NCBI GenBank assembly: GCA_043228905.1
Contig: JBHGNT010000006.1
Span: 2,294,001 to 2,358,000, forward strand
DNA from: Azolla caroliniana
Lineage: Eukaryota > Plantae > Polypodiophyta
DNA: 64,000 nucleotides
Direction of reading: 5' to 3'
Within the stretch, counting starts at the first letter, position 1; every line of letters starts with the position of its first letter. The translations under genes were made by a program, and so were the position numbers. This document shows positions 61,546 through 64,000 of this stretch, one piece after another. The notes beneath the pieces are model-generated. The model was not told the origin of the DNA. It did no database searches and was given only the letters and a program-made list of their open reading frames with translations.

Positions 61546-64000
61546 GTATGTTTCTATCCAAACTAAATAGACTAGAGACGATTGATTCATCATAATCTTG
61601 CAACCATTCAAAAATTTGATGTCATGTAACAATTCGAGATTGAGTAATTGTGTAACAACTCGACATAGAGATTAGGTCATTGCTAGAAAATTTAGCTTTC
61701 AAGAATTTAACGCATACATTATCTTGGTTCAAAAAAAATGACAATGTCTTAATGGTCTAAACTTTTTTTAAGTTCTAACAAATTTTAGTTGGAGCCTTGA
61801 AATTTTGACATTTGAAAATCATGCATAGCATATCCCCACATGGTTTTAGGGTTCTTTTTGATGTGGTATTTTTCAAGCAATCAACTTTCATACTTAGATA
61901 CAATTTCCATATATTTGAGATATGGCAAGTAACGATACTTAACTATCAAATCAATCAATTTTATTCATTGAGGCTAATTTAAGTGCATCTCTTAGCTATT
62001 GCAGCCTTATCATTAACTAATACATTTTTTTCCCTTTCCCGGGACATCAATAACATGATCAAAATATCTCTTTTGGGAGGTGTAAGAAACTTAGACATTT
62101 TTAAACATCGTTGAACTCTTGTATATAAAACAAAACTTCCCATTGCATTATACAATATTTCATTATAGTTTTATGTGAATCTCTCTTCTCATTTTCATAA
62201 GACAGAAGCTTTTTAAAGATACCATAAACAACTTCAAAGATAATAAATAATGATAAAACAATATTGTATGTATTTTACTGTCGAATGATCGACTAGTTTT
62301 AGAACGTTACGGTTTAGTTGTTTAATGTTACGGTTTAGTCACTGCATTTCAAGGCATATTCTAAGGACTCTAAGTGAAATAATAACAAGATTCACATCAA
62401 ATTATCTTATGTAGCAAATAGTTTGGATCTATTCTTTCTTGATAGCATAATGTCATTGTTTCTATTGGCATATATATCAGAATGTTCGAATAATGTTAAA
62501 GATGCGTGAAACTTGACCATTTTAGCTTGTTTACAACCAGCTTGAATTCTTCTCAAATGAGACAACTCCATGATTTTTTTTAAAATAATGTGTCCTTGTA
62601 TATAGTATGTGCACATGAATATCATCGATATGTTGTTACGGTTACTATAGAATGGAGGTAAAAGAATTCAACTTCACACCTTTTACTTAAATGTAACACT
62701 ACCAACATGACAGGATATATAAATAAAATAATGATTATATGTAATATGAGTAGAATCATTGATAATCTCATAGTTTTGTCTTTTATTATCATTGGATGTC
62801 TTGATGACTTCGGTTGCAGTTGCTGTTTTGAAAGTTTGGTGCAAAATACTTAGAATGTAAGAGTTCCATATCCTCACATGCATGTTTGGAATGGTACACC
62901 ATAATCATAGCGCTTTCTCTTTTAAAGACACACAGGTTAGAATAATCTAACTCTTTTCCACCTTCAACAGATGTTTTCTTACGATGGCAGTCGTCTTGTT
63001 TGTTTCATGGTTCTTAGCTGGAATATGCTTTGTGCTTTCCAAGTATATACCTTTATCTCTAACTTTTTGATGAAAAAAATTTATGTTAATTATAGTAGGA
63101 TGTATACAAAAAATTGGCAAGTTCCATTTTAGTGTATAGAAGGTTATGTTATTGGCTTCACTACACACTTAATGGTTTAATGCTTAACATCTCGAGAAAA
63201 GGTAACATTGACCTTGGGGGGTATCCATAAGTTATATGAAAAAAGAAGACAAAACTAAAATAGCAATAACCTCTACAACTTAACCTTTAGAAAACTTCTC
63301 AACTAACCATCATTTGAACGTAGCTACAAAAGGTCTAGGTATTAGAGAGATTCCAATGAAAAGTAGCGATAAATAAATATAGTCAATTAGGTCAAAGAGT
63401 GGTCTATTAGATTATGGATAACAAACTTTAGTATGTTATTGTTTGATCATAGATGTAATGAATGTAGGGTGTGGAACCCTATTGTGCAACTACTTATATT
63501 TATTTGAGGCAAACGGGTATGGCTTTCCTATGAAGGTGCATTGCCCCTTCCCGTGGTAAGAGTGTACTACTAATGCATGCTCTCCCATTGTAGGGAACAT
63601 AGTCGGTGGGGCATAGTCTGGTTTGGTGGAAAATCTAATATTTAGTTAACCTTAATCACGTTTTATTAGCAAAAAAGTGTGTTGTCCTCCAAGGCCATTT
63701 TGACCACAAGCCCAAAAATGTTATACCAAGTGAATTTAAGAAAGCCATGCCTTAATGTAAAGAGATTTGGTTTGTATAAGCCAAGGTGAACCAAAAACAT
63801 GAAGACTATTCTATAATCAATCATGTAACATGAGATCTGCCACTTTAATGTATTACAAATATCTCTTCATATTGTGTGTAGAAGAATAAGAAGAAGTCTA
63901 TTGATGTCTCTAAGATGTCAATGTTGCATTTGAGGCAAAACTAATGTAGTTGCATAACTTGTTTATGTGCTTGAGAAATGAAAATTGAAACAAATACTAA

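Overview
Eukaryotic, AT-rich, intron-containing land-plant nuclear DNA. It is most likely from a fern or another seed-free plant, inferred from the style of the long PLS-class PPR protein and not proven. Eight protein-coding genes can be reconstructed by hand with GT-AG introns: a CDK-like (CKL) Ser/Thr kinase (-), the ADP-glucose pyrophosphorylase small subunit (+), a coiled-coil/WD40 protein (-), an intronless 26-motif PLS-PPR protein with E1/E2 and a degenerate DYW domain (+), an LRR-extensin-like protein (+), an intronless ARM-repeat protein (-), a prolyl 4-hydroxylase (-), and the 5' part of a multi-pass plant membrane protein (+) that runs off the window. Intergenic and intronic DNA carries a hAT-type MITE with an 8-bp TSD, two related 5'-truncated LINE copies, a solo LTR with a 5-bp TSD, a copia integrase relic, a convergent pair of tRNA-derived elements, and many microsatellites and short local tandem duplications. 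The most notable item is the PPR protein. Its deaminase motif is inactivated (HxE to HNV, CxxCH to CNDCQ, no terminal DYW), yet its RNA-binding array is intact and decodes to a sequence resembling a Shine-Dalgarno element followed by an AUG. No prokaryotic-type systems such as CRISPR are present. All assignments come from reading motifs by eye; no database search was run.
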